Of a stretch of 64,000 nt of DNA, positions 32,314-42,155 are shown in pieces. Both the position numbers and the translations under genes were made by a program. The notes under the pieces were generated by a model. That model had not been told where the DNA came from and made no database searches. It worked only from the letters and a program-made list of their open reading frames with translations. Within the stretch, counting starts at the first letter, position 1. Each line of letters begins with the position of its first letter. The stretch is from Bacilli bacterium (GTDB taxonomy: Bacteria; Bacillota_I; Bacilli_A; ML615J-28; CAG-698). The stretch spans positions 88,184-152,183 of the forward strand of contig JAQUZE010000002.1 of assembly GCA_028691515.1 (NCBI GenBank), read 5' to 3'.

Positions 32314-32388
32314 AGGGCTATAGCCAAGCGGTAAGGCAACGGACTTTGACTCCGTCACTCGATAGTTCGAATCTATCTAGCCCTGCCA
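32314..32388 (+). tRNA. tRNA-Gln (anticodon TTG), encoded CCA
   Basis: Acceptor stem AGGGCTA/TAGCCCT, anticodon loop CTTTGAC, TTCGAAT T-loop, CCA end. Confidence 0.9.
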
Positions 32389-32399
32389 TTTTAAGATAT

Positions 32400-32431
32400 A
32401 AAACCCCTTATATTTATAAGGGGTTTTAATT
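32400..32431 (+). terminator. Rho-independent terminator after the tRNA pair
   Basis: aaccccttata/tataaggggtt hairpin plus T-tract. Confidence 0.8.
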
Positions 32432-32497
32432 TATAACTATTTACAAATATATATTTTTCGGGTATACTTAATAAAATAATAATTTACGAGGAGCAAT

Positions 32498-33217
32498 ATG
32501 GAAACTTTAAAATTGGAAGATAATAATACAAAAATGATTGCTCACCGAGGACTAAGTGGGTTGGAAAAAGAAAATACAGCTGTTGCTTTTATTGCTGCTG
32601 GTAACAGAAGTTATTATGGAATTGAAACAGATATTAGATTAACTAAAGATGGTGAGTTTGTTATTAGTCATGATGATAATTTAAAAAGAGTAGCGGGGAT
32701 TGATATGAATATATCTAACTCAACTTACGATGAGTTAAGCTCTATTTGTCTTTTTGATTTAGAAACAGGAATACCAAAGAATTATTTAAAAATACCAACA
32801 TTAATTGAGTATTTAGAAATTTGCAAGAAATATGATAAAAAAGCTATTATTGAAATTAAAGAATTATTTTTAGAAAAGGATATTATTCGTTTAATTGAGT
32901 TAGTAAAAAAATATAATTATATAAAAAATACAATTTTTATTAGTTTTTATTTAAAAAATTTACAATTAGTTCGAAAGCAAGATTCTGATGTTTCGCTTCA
33001 GTTTTTAACAACAGATTTAAATAATAATATAATTAATGAAATACGAAAAATCAATGCGGGTATTGATATAGAATATCATATCCTTTCCAAAGAACAAGTT
33101 GAATTATGCCATCACCATAATATTGCTGTTAATGTATGGACTGTAAATAACCCAATTGTTGCCTTGATGTTGATTACTTGGAATGTAGATTTTATAACTA
33201 CTAATATATTAGAATGA
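32498..33217 (+). CDS. Glycerophosphodiester phosphodiesterase (GDPD family)
   Basis: IAHRGLSG catalytic His motif, E..D metal ligands; 239 aa. Confidence 0.85.
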   Translation: METLKLEDNNTKMIAHRGLSGLEKENTAVAFIAAGNRSYYGIETDIRLTKDGEFVISHDDNLKRVAGIDMNISNSTYDELSSICLFDLETGIPKNYLKIPTLIEYLEICKKYDKKAIIEIKELFLEKDIIRLIELVKKYNYIKNTIFISFYLKNLQLVRKQDSDVSLQFLTTDLNNNIINEIRKINAGIDIEYHILSKEQVELCHHHNIAVNVWTVNNPIVALMLITWNVDFITTNILE

Positions 33218-33399
33218 GTTATAAAAAAATAATCTATTTGTTACTAACTGTGATTGGGGTTTGTGGCCTTGTGAGTTTGTTTTTTCTTGTGGCAAGTTAT
33301 GAGAATATAAGTGACTTTATGAAAATTTGGGGATTTATCATTATTGGCTATTTATCGGTTTTTTTGTTTGCTATTGGATTTTATAAATTGAAACATTAA
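33214..33399 (+). CDS. Small two-TM membrane protein
   Basis: 61 aa, ATGA-coupled to GDPD gene, followed by terminator. Confidence 0.45.
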   Translation: MSYKKIIYLLLTVIGVCGLVSLFFLVASYENISDFMKIWGFIIIGYLSVFLFAIGFYKLKH

Positions 33400-33430
33400 A
33401 AGATATTTATTTTCAAATATCTTTTTTTGG
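33399..33430 (+). terminator. Rho-independent terminator
   Basis: aaagatattt/aaatatcttt hairpin plus T7. Confidence 0.75.
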
Positions 33431-33463
33431 TTATTTATTGTATAATTAAAATGAGGTGATATA

Positions 33464-34702
33464 TTGAGTTTACAAAAGAGTGATTTTGAGATTTTTCAGT
33501 TAATTGAAAAAGAAAAAGCAAGACAAAATGATAATATTGAATTGATTGCATCAGAAAATTTTGCATCAAGTTCGGTTATGGAAGCCCAAGGATCTTTATT
33601 AACAAATAAGTATGCTGAGGGATATCCTGGAAGAAGATATTATGGTGGTTGTGAAGTAGTTGATGAGATTGAGGATTTAGCAAGAGAAAGATTAAAAAGA
33701 TTATTTAAAGTTAAATACGTTAATGTTCAACCACATTCTGGTAGTCAGGCAAATATGGGTGCTTATAGGGCTTTGTTGGAAAATGGTGATACAGTTTTAG
33801 GTATGGCTTTAGATCATGGTGGACATTTAACTCATGGGAATCCTCTTAATTTTTCTGGAATTGATTATAATTTTGTATCTTATTTTGTTTCCAAAGAAAC
33901 TGAAGCTATTGATTATAATGAAGTTGAAAGAATTGCTATGGAATGTAAACCTAAGTTAATTGTAGCTGGTGCTAGTAATTATTCGTTAGCAATTAATTTT
34001 AAAAAATTTAAGGAAATTGCAGATAAGTGTGGTGCTTTTTTGATGGTTGATATGGCACATATTGCTGGATTAGTAGCGGCTGGTATCCATGAGAGTCCTA
34101 TTCCATATGCCGATATAGTTACAAGTACTACACACAAAACTTTACGGGGTCCAAGAGGGGGAATAATTCTTACAAATAGTTTTGATATATACAAAAAGAT
34201 AAATAGAGTTGTTTTTCCAGGGATTCAAGGCGGGCCTTTAATGCATGTTATTGCTGCAAAAGCAGTTGCATTTAAAGAGGCATTAAGTAATGAATTTATT
34301 ATTTATCAAAAGCAAGTTGTAAAAAATGCAAAATATTTAGCAGAAAATTTAAGGAAACTTGGTTATGTAATTGTAAGTGGTACAACAGATAATCACTTGT
34401 TTACAATAAATGTGAAAAAAAGTGTAAATATCACAGGTAAGATTGCTCAAGAAGTTCTGGATTCTGTTGGAATTACAACTAATAAAAATACAGTTCCCTT
34501 TGATGATGAAATGCCTATGGTTACAAGTGGAATTAGAATTGGAACACCGAGTGTTACTTCTAGAGGTATGAAAGAAAAGGAAATGGAAGAAATTGCTTTA
34601 CTTATTGATGAAACTTTAAAAAACTATAACAACAAAGAAATATTAAAAAGAATTAAAATTAAAGTATTTAATCTTACAAAGAATTTTCAAGTTTATAAAT
34701 AA
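33464..34702 (+). CDS. glyA: Serine hydroxymethyltransferase (apparent TTG start)
   Basis: PLP-lysine motif [14 protein letters not shown]; GGTGA RBS 7 nt upstream of TTG 33464. Confidence 0.9.
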   Translation: MSLQKSDFEIFQLIEKEKARQNDNIELIASENFASSSVMEAQGSLLTNKYAEGYPGRRYYGGCEVVDEIEDLARERLKRLFKVKYVNVQPHSGSQANMGAYRALLENGDTVLGMALDHGGHLTHGNPLNFSGIDYNFVSYFVSKETEAIDYNEVERIAMECKPKLIVAGASNYSLAINFKKFKEIADKCGAFLMVDMAHIAGLVAAGIHESPIPYADIVTSTTHKTLRGPRGGIILTNSFDIYKKINRVVFPGIQGGPLMHVIAAKAVAFKEALSNEFIIYQKQVVKNAKYLAENLRKLGYVIVSGTTDNHLFTINVKKSVNITGKIAQEVLDSVGITTNKNTVPFDDEMPMVTSGIRIGTPSVTSRGMKEKEMEEIALLIDETLKNYNNKEILKRIKIKVFNLTKNFQVYK

Positions 34703-34813
34703 TTTTTATGTTATTTTTTCAATGTTTTTGAAAAAAACTAGTAATTAAATAACTTTGAAAATTCTTTATTTAATAGTTGTAATATGATAATATAAAAAAA
34801 AGATGGTGAATTT

Positions 34814-35992
34814 ATGAAAAGTATTAATGAAAGATCATTAGAGTTACATGAAAAAAATATTGGTAAATTAGCAATTGTCTCAAAGGTTCCACTTGAAAAT
34901 TCTGCTGATTTATCTTTGGCATATTCTCCTGGAGTGGCTGCTCCGTGTGTAGAAATTCATAAAAATACTGAAGATGTATATAAATACACTTCAAAAGGAA
35001 ATATGGTTGCTGTTATTACTGATGGTTCTGCAGTTTTAGGATTAGGAAATATTGGACCGTTAGCAGCTCTTCCAGTAATGGAAGGGAAGTGTTTGTTATT
35101 TAAAAAATTTGCAAATGTTGATGCAGTTCCAATTTGTTTAAACACTCAAGATCCTAAAGAAATAATTAATATTGTAAAAAATATTTCTCCAACATATGGA
35201 GGCATCAATTTGGAAGATATTTCTTTTCCAAGATGCGTAGAAATTGAGGAAACTTTAAGAAAAGAATTAGATATTCCTCTTTTCCATGATGATCAACATG
35301 GGACAGCGATTGTTGTTTGTGCAGCTTTAATAAATGCCTGTAAACTAGTAAAAAAAGATTTTAAAGAATTAAATATTGCTTTAAGTGGATTGGGTGCTGC
35401 AGGCAGTGCTATTGCTAAATTATTAAAGCAAATGGGAGTTAATAAAATTTATGCTGTTAATTCAAGGGGAGCAGTTAGTAAACTTAATGATAACAATATA
35501 TTGATTAATAAATTGCTCGATGAGAAAATTATTGATTCTTTTGATTTTAAAAATTCGGGATTGAAAGAAATTATTAAAAATACAGATTGTTTTATTGGTG
35601 TTAGTATTAAAGATGTTCTAACAATAGATATGGTTAATTCAATGGCAGAAAAGCCAATAGTATTTGCACTTGCTAATCCTGATCCTGAAATCTCGTATGA
35701 AAATGTAAAAAAAACAAAAGCATTTATATATGCAACAGGTAGAAGTGATATATCTAATCAAATTAATAATGTTCTTGCTTTTCCAGGAATTTTTAATGGA
35801 GTGTTAAGAGCAAAAAGCAAAAAAATTACTGATGAAATGTTTGAAGCAACCGCAATTGCAATTGCTAATTTGTTAGATGAAAGAGATTTAACAAAAGAAT
35901 ATATTATTCCATCACCTTTTGATAAAAGGGTAATGCATGCTGTAAGTGATGCTGTTTATAAGAAGGCAAAAGAACAAGGGATTTGCCGTTAG
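34814..35992 (+). CDS. NAD(P)-dependent malic enzyme, short (about 390 aa) bacterial form
   Basis: Malic enzyme signatures (VITDGSAVLGLGNIG, Rossmann GLGAAGSAIA); 392 aa. Confidence 0.85.
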   Translation: MKSINERSLELHEKNIGKLAIVSKVPLENSADLSLAYSPGVAAPCVEIHKNTEDVYKYTSKGNMVAVITDGSAVLGLGNIGPLAALPVMEGKCLLFKKFANVDAVPICLNTQDPKEIINIVKNISPTYGGINLEDISFPRCVEIEETLRKELDIPLFHDDQHGTAIVVCAALINACKLVKKDFKELNIALSGLGAAGSAIAKLLKQMGVNKIYAVNSRGAVSKLNDNNILINKLLDEKIIDSFDFKNSGLKEIIKNTDCFIGVSIKDVLTIDMVNSMAEKPIVFALANPDPEISYENVKKTKAFIYATGRSDISNQINNVLAFPGIFNGVLRAKSKKITDEMFEATAIAIANLLDERDLTKEYIIPSPFDKRVMHAVSDAVYKKAKEQGICR

Positions 35993-36003
35993 GGAGTTAA
36001 GTT

Positions 36004-37134
36004 ATGAGATATCGTCTAGAAAAAGATAAAATAGGAGAGTTAAAACTTCCAGCAGAAGCTTATTATGGCATTCATACTGGTAGAAGTAAAGAAACGTTTG
36101 CTCTTACTAAACATGGTTTAAATCGTCAAATGATTAAGGCACTTTCAAATATTAAAAAATCAGCTGCTAAAACTAATTATCAAATTGGGCTATTGGATAA
36201 AAAAGTTTCTGAAGCAATAATTTTAAGTTGCGATGAAATTTTAAATGGAAGATTACATGGACAGTTTATTACAGACTTAATACAAGGTGGATCAGGAGTA
36301 AGTATGAATATGAATGCCAATGAAGTTCTTGCTAATAGGTCAAATGAGATGCTAGGCGGGAAAAAAGGTGTTTATGATTTAGTGCATCCTATCAATGATG
36401 TAAATTTAAATCAATCTAGTGCAGAAGTTGTTTTACTTGCTGGAAAAATGACAAGTATCAAATTAATAAAAAAACTCCTTACGGAGGCAAAAAAATTATC
36501 CAATTCTTATGGGTCACTTATTTCTAATATGAAATCTCAAAAGGATGATCAATTTTCGATTGTTAATGAATTTAAGGCTTTTAAGAATTCTTTAGATAGA
36601 GATATTAAAAAAGTTGATAAAAGTTTAGAATATTTTCATGAAATTAGTATTGGCTCAAGTTATTTTGAAACTAAAAAGCGTGTTGAAGGGAATTATATTA
36701 AATTATTTATAAAAAATTTAAATGATAATATTGGTGAAAATTTTATCCAAAGCAAAGAGATAATTGATAATTCAAGAAATTTAGATTGTTTTGTAATAGC
36801 TTCTTCAGCATTAAGGAATTTGGTAATTAATTTGTCTAAATCTTCTTTTGATATGAGAAAGATGATTGAGGATAAGAAAATATCTATACCACAAGTTTAT
36901 GAAACAATGACTTCAGGTGAAATTAATCCGGTCGTTTTAGAAATGGTTAATCAAATATCTTTTTATGTTATGGGAAATGACATAACAATTGCAAGATCGG
37001 TCGAAGCAGGAGTATATGAAAAGAATATTTATTTACCAATGATATTTGCGTGTTTATTTGAGATGATTAATTTAAGCAGAAGGACAATTAGAACCTTAAG
37101 AGAAAAAGTAGTAGATGGTATTATTATTTTATAA
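36004..37134 (+). CDS. Aspartate ammonia-lyase/fumarase (lyase-1) family protein, divergent and C-terminally short
   Basis: Aspartase-like N-terminus (EKDKIGELKLPAEAYYGIHTGRS), QGGSGVSMNMNANEVLAN and HPINDVNLNQSS blocks; the SS-loop region is altered (GSSYFETKK versus GSSxMPxKxN); 376 aa versus about 470. Confidence 0.65.
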   Translation: MRYRLEKDKIGELKLPAEAYYGIHTGRSKETFALTKHGLNRQMIKALSNIKKSAAKTNYQIGLLDKKVSEAIILSCDEILNGRLHGQFITDLIQGGSGVSMNMNANEVLANRSNEMLGGKKGVYDLVHPINDVNLNQSSAEVVLLAGKMTSIKLIKKLLTEAKKLSNSYGSLISNMKSQKDDQFSIVNEFKAFKNSLDRDIKKVDKSLEYFHEISIGSSYFETKKRVEGNYIKLFIKNLNDNIGENFIQSKEIIDNSRNLDCFVIASSALRNLVINLSKSSFDMRKMIEDKKISIPQVYETMTSGEINPVVLEMVNQISFYVMGNDITIARSVEAGVYEKNIYLPMIFACLFEMINLSRRTIRTLREKVVDGIIIL

Positions 37135-37138
37135 AGTA

Positions 37139-37167
37139 AAAGGCGCATATATATGCGCCTTATTTTA
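37139..37167. terminator. Bidirectional rho-independent terminator
   Basis: aggcgcatat/atatgcgcct perfect palindrome, flanking A and T tracts. Confidence 0.8.
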
Positions 37168-37962
37168 TAATAAAAATTTCATCATTTTTAATGCTTCATA
37201 ATAATCTTCTGTGTGGTAATTAATTCTATCGGTTCCAAATAGAGTAGCTCCCGGATAGAATGAAGCTTTATATGCATCGTTAAAATTTTTATATTGTATT
37301 TCTATATCAAATGAATCAGGAAGTTTAATAATATTTTGTTTTAGGTCTTTTTTTTCTAAGATCTTTTTTACTTTTTCCTGTATTTCTTTGTTTGTTAGAT
37401 TTGGATGTCTTGATATTACAGCTCCATGGACACCTTCTTTAGTTGCAACAACTTCAATATTTTTATTAATTGATTGAACATTTCTTGTTAGTAAAGCATC
37501 TCCGCTTAAGAATACTACAGGAACTCGTAAGTATGCTGCATAAAAGGCATTGATTAAAAATTCACTAGCCAGTATACCATTAATTTTAATATGGTGGATT
37601 TGTGTATTCATTGTATGAGACAAAGGATTACCATCTGATCTTGAAGGGCTATGATACCCAATAAAGATAACTGCATCAAATGAATTATCAAGAGAAGCCA
37701 TCATTGAACAAGGACCGCCTTCCCAACCCCGATGTAGTTTTACATACTCAGGCAGTTCTTCAAATAAAATATTTCTAGCGTTATCATGTGCATCTTTAAC
37801 TAAAATTTCAGTTGCTCCAGCTTCCTTAGCACCTAAACAAGCTCTTTTTACTTCTTCTGTCATTTGCTTTCTAAAAGTAGAATAATCATCTCCTGGTACA
37901 GTTTCTTTCCAATTAGCGATATTATTTACGCCTTCAATATCAGCACTAATATAAATTTTCAA
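37165..37962 (-). CDS. dppA: D-aminopeptidase DppA (peptidase M55)
   Basis: MKIYISADIEGV N-terminus characteristic of M55; 265 aa. Confidence 0.8.
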   Translation of the reverse strand: MKIYISADIEGVNNIANWKETVPGDDYSTFRKQMTEEVKRACLGAKEAGATEILVKDAHDNARNILFEELPEYVKLHRGWEGGPCSMMASLDNSFDAVIFIGYHSPSRSDGNPLSHTMNTQIHHIKINGILASEFLINAFYAAYLRVPVVFLSGDALLTRNVQSINKNIEVVATKEGVHGAVISRHPNLTNKEIQEKVKKILEKKDLKQNIIKLPDSFDIEIQYKNFNDAYKASFYPGATLFGTDRINYHTEDYYEALKMMKFLL

Positions 37963-38098
37963 TTAAATCACCCTTTCTTTAATTTGAATTTTTATTCTAT
38001 ATATATATTATAATATAAAGATGCTTTAAAACAAATAATTATTTTTATTTTAATGATTTCGTGGTATAATATAAGATATATCGTAGTGGAGGTAAAAA

Positions 38099-38938
38099 AT
38101 GTCTGAAAAAGATTATGAATTTAAAAATGAAGAAGTTAAAGAAGAATTAGAAACGGCACAACCAGAGACAGAGCCGGAAGTTGTTATGGATGACTCATTA
38201 GTCAATTTTGAACCAGCAGTGAAGGTAAATGTTAAGTTTGATTTTAAAACTTTAAAATATGCAAATTTATATATAACAAATTTTAAGAGAAAAGCATATA
38301 TTACAAATATAATATTTTCTGCAGTTGCTCTAGGTTTAGGTGTATTTACATTTATTGAGGGACAATGGATTTTTGGAATAATTTTTATTGCTTTAGCAAT
38401 AATGACAAGTGTGCAAATTTTCACAATGGAAAAGAGAATTGATCAAGAACTATATAAATATTTTGCAAAACATAGAGTGGGAAATCAAGATGTTTCTTTA
38501 AGTGATGAATTAATTGTACTTACTAGACCGGAAGATTTAATACATCCAGTTAGTTACAAGTGGAATGAAGTTGAATCAATTCATGAAATAAATGAATTTT
38601 TCTATATTTTTACAAATAGAAATAGAATTCCTATTATTATTGATAAAAATCCTGCATTAATGGAAGTTGGAACACTTGAAGTTTTGAAATCAATTTTAGA
38701 TAGAAAAGTAAAAGAATCTGAAGATTTGGTTGCATCAGGTCAAAAGAAAAAAGCAATTAAATTTGTGGTTGTTGAAAAATCAATTTCAAAAATTCCTGTT
38801 ACATATGTTCATAAAGATGATGCAATAGAAACGGCAGTTATTGATGAAGAATTTAAAATTAAATCAGATGATTTGAAAATCGAAGATGAAAAAATTGAAA
38901 CTATAGTACAAGAGGAAGAAACCGAAGAAGGAAAATAA
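38099..38938 (+). CDS. YcxB-like membrane protein with acidic N- and C-terminal extensions
   Basis: GGAGG RBS; two TM helices plus PH-like domain; paralogous to 27856 and 38945 ORFs. Confidence 0.6.
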   Translation: MSEKDYEFKNEEVKEELETAQPETEPEVVMDDSLVNFEPAVKVNVKFDFKTLKYANLYITNFKRKAYITNIIFSAVALGLGVFTFIEGQWIFGIIFIALAIMTSVQIFTMEKRIDQELYKYFAKHRVGNQDVSLSDELIVLTRPEDLIHPVSYKWNEVESIHEINEFFYIFTNRNRIPIIIDKNPALMEVGTLEVLKSILDRKVKESEDLVASGQKKKAIKFVVVEKSISKIPVTYVHKDDAIETAVIDEEFKIKSDDLKIEDEKIETIVQEEETEEGK

Positions 38939-38944
38939 ATAAAG

Positions 38945-39463
38945 ATGAAGGTTAATTACAAAGCTTCATTTACGGAAAGTAGAGCTAAAGATTTTTTTAA
39001 ATTTCATTTATTTTATAAAAATAAATCAAAGTTTTTTTACTATAGTTTTTCTTTATTATGTATAATTTTAAGTATAGTTTTGTTTATAACTAGGCAAAAT
39101 ACTATTTTTGCTTCTTTAGTTTTAGCATCAGCATTTATAATATTTGGAATTAGACCTATTCAAATTAATCATATAATCAAAAAAACACTTAAAAATCAAA
39201 GTTTTATTGATCGAAATTATAGTTTAAAAATTTACGATGATAAAATAGAATACTATACACATGATGATTATTTAGTTAATTATAAATGGTCAGATATTTT
39301 ATATGTCTATGAACTTAGAAATTATTGGTATTTATATATTTCTGAAAATGGAGCATTAATTATTGTAAAGGATTTAGTTGACTATGAAAAGCGGATGGAA
39401 TTAAAAAACTTTATTGGTAGTTATTTTATTCCTAAAAAATTATATAAAAAATATAATAAATAA
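38945..39463 (+). CDS. YcxB-like membrane protein
   Basis: Same architecture; tandem with 38099. Confidence 0.55.
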   Translation: MKVNYKASFTESRAKDFFKFHLFYKNKSKFFYYSFSLLCIILSIVLFITRQNTIFASLVLASAFIIFGIRPIQINHIIKKTLKNQSFIDRNYSLKIYDDKIEYYTHDDYLVNYKWSDILYVYELRNYWYLYISENGALIIVKDLVDYEKRMELKNFIGSYFIPKKLYKKYNK

Positions 39464-39503
39464 ATGCATATAAAAATTTTAATCAGAAGGGTTGTTCGAT
39501 TAA

Positions 39504-40178
39504 ATGAATATTGCGTATTATGTAAAACAACTTGATGTTTTGTACGAAGATAATCATATTATTGTTGTAACAAAATATAGAGATATATTAAGCCAAGAAG
39601 ATTCTACTGGCGATTTAGATATGCTTTCCATTGTGAAAGCATATTTAAAAGAAAAGTATAATAAACCAGGTGCTGTATTTCTGGGACTTGTTCATAGATT
39701 GGATAGAAGAGTTGGCGGTGTTATGGTTTTTGCTAAGACTAGTAAAGGTGCATCTAGACTGTCCGATTCAATTAGAAAAAAAGAAATGGGTAAAAAATAT
39801 CTTGCTATTGTAAAAGGATATCTTCAAGGTAGTGGTACTTTTATTGATAAAATTAATAAAGAAAATAAAAAAGCTGTTATTTCTGATTTTGGCGTTGAAT
39901 CTGTATTGAATTATAATGTGATAAGAAATTTTTATCTAGATAATATTATTTATACGGTTGTTGAAGTTGAATTGATTACTGGAAGATATAATCAAATAAG
40001 AATTCAATTTTCTAGTAGAGGGTTACCTTTGTTAAATGATTTTAAATATGATTATCGGGGAACTAATTATAATAATGAAATTGGATTATGGAGTTATGAG
40101 TTAACGTTAATTCATCCAATTTCTAAAGAAAGATTATTTTTTAAGAAAGAACCGGATGGTCAAATTTGGAAGTATTAA
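39504..40178 (+). CDS. RluA-family pseudouridine synthase
   Basis: Catalytic Asp motif HRLDRRVGGVMVFAKT; 224 aa. Confidence 0.8.
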   Translation: MNIAYYVKQLDVLYEDNHIIVVTKYRDILSQEDSTGDLDMLSIVKAYLKEKYNKPGAVFLGLVHRLDRRVGGVMVFAKTSKGASRLSDSIRKKEMGKKYLAIVKGYLQGSGTFIDKINKENKKAVISDFGVESVLNYNVIRNFYLDNIIYTVVEVELITGRYNQIRIQFSSRGLPLLNDFKYDYRGTNYNNEIGLWSYELTLIHPISKERLFFKKEPDGQIWKY

Positions 40179-40190
40179 ATAGGGGGTAAA

Positions 40191-42140
40191 ATGAAGAATA
40201 ATAAAAAAATAATTTTATTGTTATATATAATAGGATTTGTTTTACTTGTATTCGGTTTTTCTTTTTTACTTGATGGTGATATACGAATTTATGAGTTTAA
40301 TGCTGATGTTACCTTAACTGATAAAGGCGATATGGAAGTTGTTGAAAGATGGGATATGAAATATTTTGGTGACTATAATGTTCGTTTTCGAAATATTAAA
40401 TATGGCAAATATAATTCTAATAATCCTTTATATCAAGAACCAGATAATATAGCTGATTTTAATACGATTGATGGTAGTTACTCAGTTAAAGTTTATAATG
40501 AAGATCATTTGGATGTAACTGGTAGAGTTGGATATTCTTTTAATGATGATATTGATGAACTTGGAGAACCGTTAAAACAAATTTATCATACTAATGAAGA
40601 AGTATTATTTGTTGATATGAGTGATAATGGTGGACTAAAAGGTAGATATATTATTGAGTATAAATATACAATTATTGGTGCTATCACTCAATATAGTGAT
40701 GTTTCAGAATTAAATTGGCGTTTTGTAGATTATGCTGAAGCAAAAATAAAAAAATCAACAATTACAATAAATCTTCCTAATAATGATTTGGATAAAGAGA
40801 ATCTATTAGCATGGGGTCATGGATTGTCAAGGGGCAATATTGATATTGTTGATAATAAAACTATAAAATTTGAAATGGAAGATATTAGAGTTGATGATTC
40901 TGAAAGAATTGAAGTGAGATTACTAACAGACAATTCATTATTTAATAGTATTATGGATTACAATAAGGTTTTAGAGACAGATTTAATTAATAAGAATATT
41001 ATTGTTGATTACGAAAATAATCTTGCTGAAGAAACAAATTTGAGAATTAAAGTTGCTAATATAATCTTATATAGTAGTATTGGAATTGTTATAATAATGA
41101 GCTTATTAATTCTTTATATTTTTAAAAAGTATGATAAAGAATATGAAGCATTATTTAATGAAAAATATCTGTATGCTCCACCATCTGATTTGACTCCTGC
41201 ACAAATGAGTTATTTATTTTATTTTGAAAAAACAAATAATGAAGATATTACAGCTACTTTGTTAGACTTAATAAGAAGAAAATATTTGAAAATTGTTTTA
41301 ATAGATGAGTTTATTACCGATGAAGAAGCTAGTTTTAAGCTAGTTTTAAATAAAGATAAATCATTGGAAGATCTATTGCCACATGAAGCTCATTTAATCT
41401 ATTGGTTTATTTCTAAAATAGGTGATGGTACAAGTGTTTTAAATAAAACTATTGAGCAATATGGTAGTAATTATACTAATGCAGAGATATTTAATAAAGA
41501 TGTAATTAAATTTAAAAATTTAGTTAAGAAAAGTTGCGAAGATCTGGATTTCTTTGAAAACAGGACGAAAGATAAAATAAAAATATATAAGTATGTTTTA
41601 ATACCTTTAATGGCAATATTTATTACTGTTATACTTAATAACATTTATAATATAGCAATTTCTTTACCAATAATATTTTTGATAATAATAAGTGTAATTT
41701 ACATTATTTATGTAAGCAGCATAAAGAAAAGAAGTGTTAATGGAAATGAAGAGTTTGTTAAATGGAATGCATTTAAAAGATTCTTAGTTGATTTTGGTTC
41801 ATTTAAAGATTATCCGATGCCAGGAATTATTGTTTGGGAAAAATATTTAGTTTTTGCAACTTCATTTAAAATTGCTGATTTAGTAATGAAGCAATTGGAA
41901 GTAAAATTGCCTCAAATAATTAATGAAAACAATTCTACATATTTGATATATTCTTATCCGAAGTTTCATATTGGGTTTATGATGTTTAGTTTGAATAGAA
42001 CTATGACTACTGCCCAAAGTACTATTAAGCAAACTGTTATAAGACATAATCAATCAAAATCTAGTGGTTTTGGTAGTGGTGGTGGTTTTAGTGGTGGTAG
42101 TTCTTTTGGCGGCGGCGGTGGCGGCGGTTTTAGTAGATAA
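40191..42140 (+). CDS. DUF2207-family membrane protein with Gly-rich C-terminal tail
   Basis: N-terminal signal/TM, extracellular domain, central TM bundle, C-terminus SSGFGSGGGFSGGSSFGGGGGGGFSR. Confidence 0.7.
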   Translation: MKNNKKIILLLYIIGFVLLVFGFSFLLDGDIRIYEFNADVTLTDKGDMEVVERWDMKYFGDYNVRFRNIKYGKYNSNNPLYQEPDNIADFNTIDGSYSVKVYNEDHLDVTGRVGYSFNDDIDELGEPLKQIYHTNEEVLFVDMSDNGGLKGRYIIEYKYTIIGAITQYSDVSELNWRFVDYAEAKIKKSTITINLPNNDLDKENLLAWGHGLSRGNIDIVDNKTIKFEMEDIRVDDSERIEVRLLTDNSLFNSIMDYNKVLETDLINKNIIVDYENNLAEETNLRIKVANIILYSSIGIVIIMSLLILYIFKKYDKEYEALFNEKYLYAPPSDLTPAQMSYLFYFEKTNNEDITATLLDLIRRKYLKIVLIDEFITDEEASFKLVLNKDKSLEDLLPHEAHLIYWFISKIGDGTSVLNKTIEQYGSNYTNAEIFNKDVIKFKNLVKKSCEDLDFFENRTKDKIKIYKYVLIPLMAIFITVILNNIYNIAISLPIIFLIIISVIYIIYVSSIKKRSVNGNEEFVKWNAFKRFLVDFGSFKDYPMPGIIVWEKYLVFATSFKIADLVMKQLEVKLPQIINENNSTYLIYSYPKFHIGFMMFSLNRTMTTAQSTIKQTVIRHNQSKSSGFGSGGGFSGGSSFGGGGGGGFSR

Positions 42141-42155
42141 TAAAAGGAGGAAATA

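Noticed and set aside
33464-33466. TTG start for glyA as a possible mis-annotation or frameshift
   Set aside because: A GGTGA RBS is correctly spaced and the N-terminal sequence ([20 protein letters not shown]) aligns with canonical SHMT N-termini. Non-ATG start is plausible, with no evidence of a frameshift.
34703-34813. Possible small RNA or terminator after glyA (ttttcaatgtttttgaaaa inverted repeat)
   Set aside because: The stem is purely A/T with no GC clamp, which makes it weak. It more likely falls within AT-rich promoter DNA for the malic enzyme gene.
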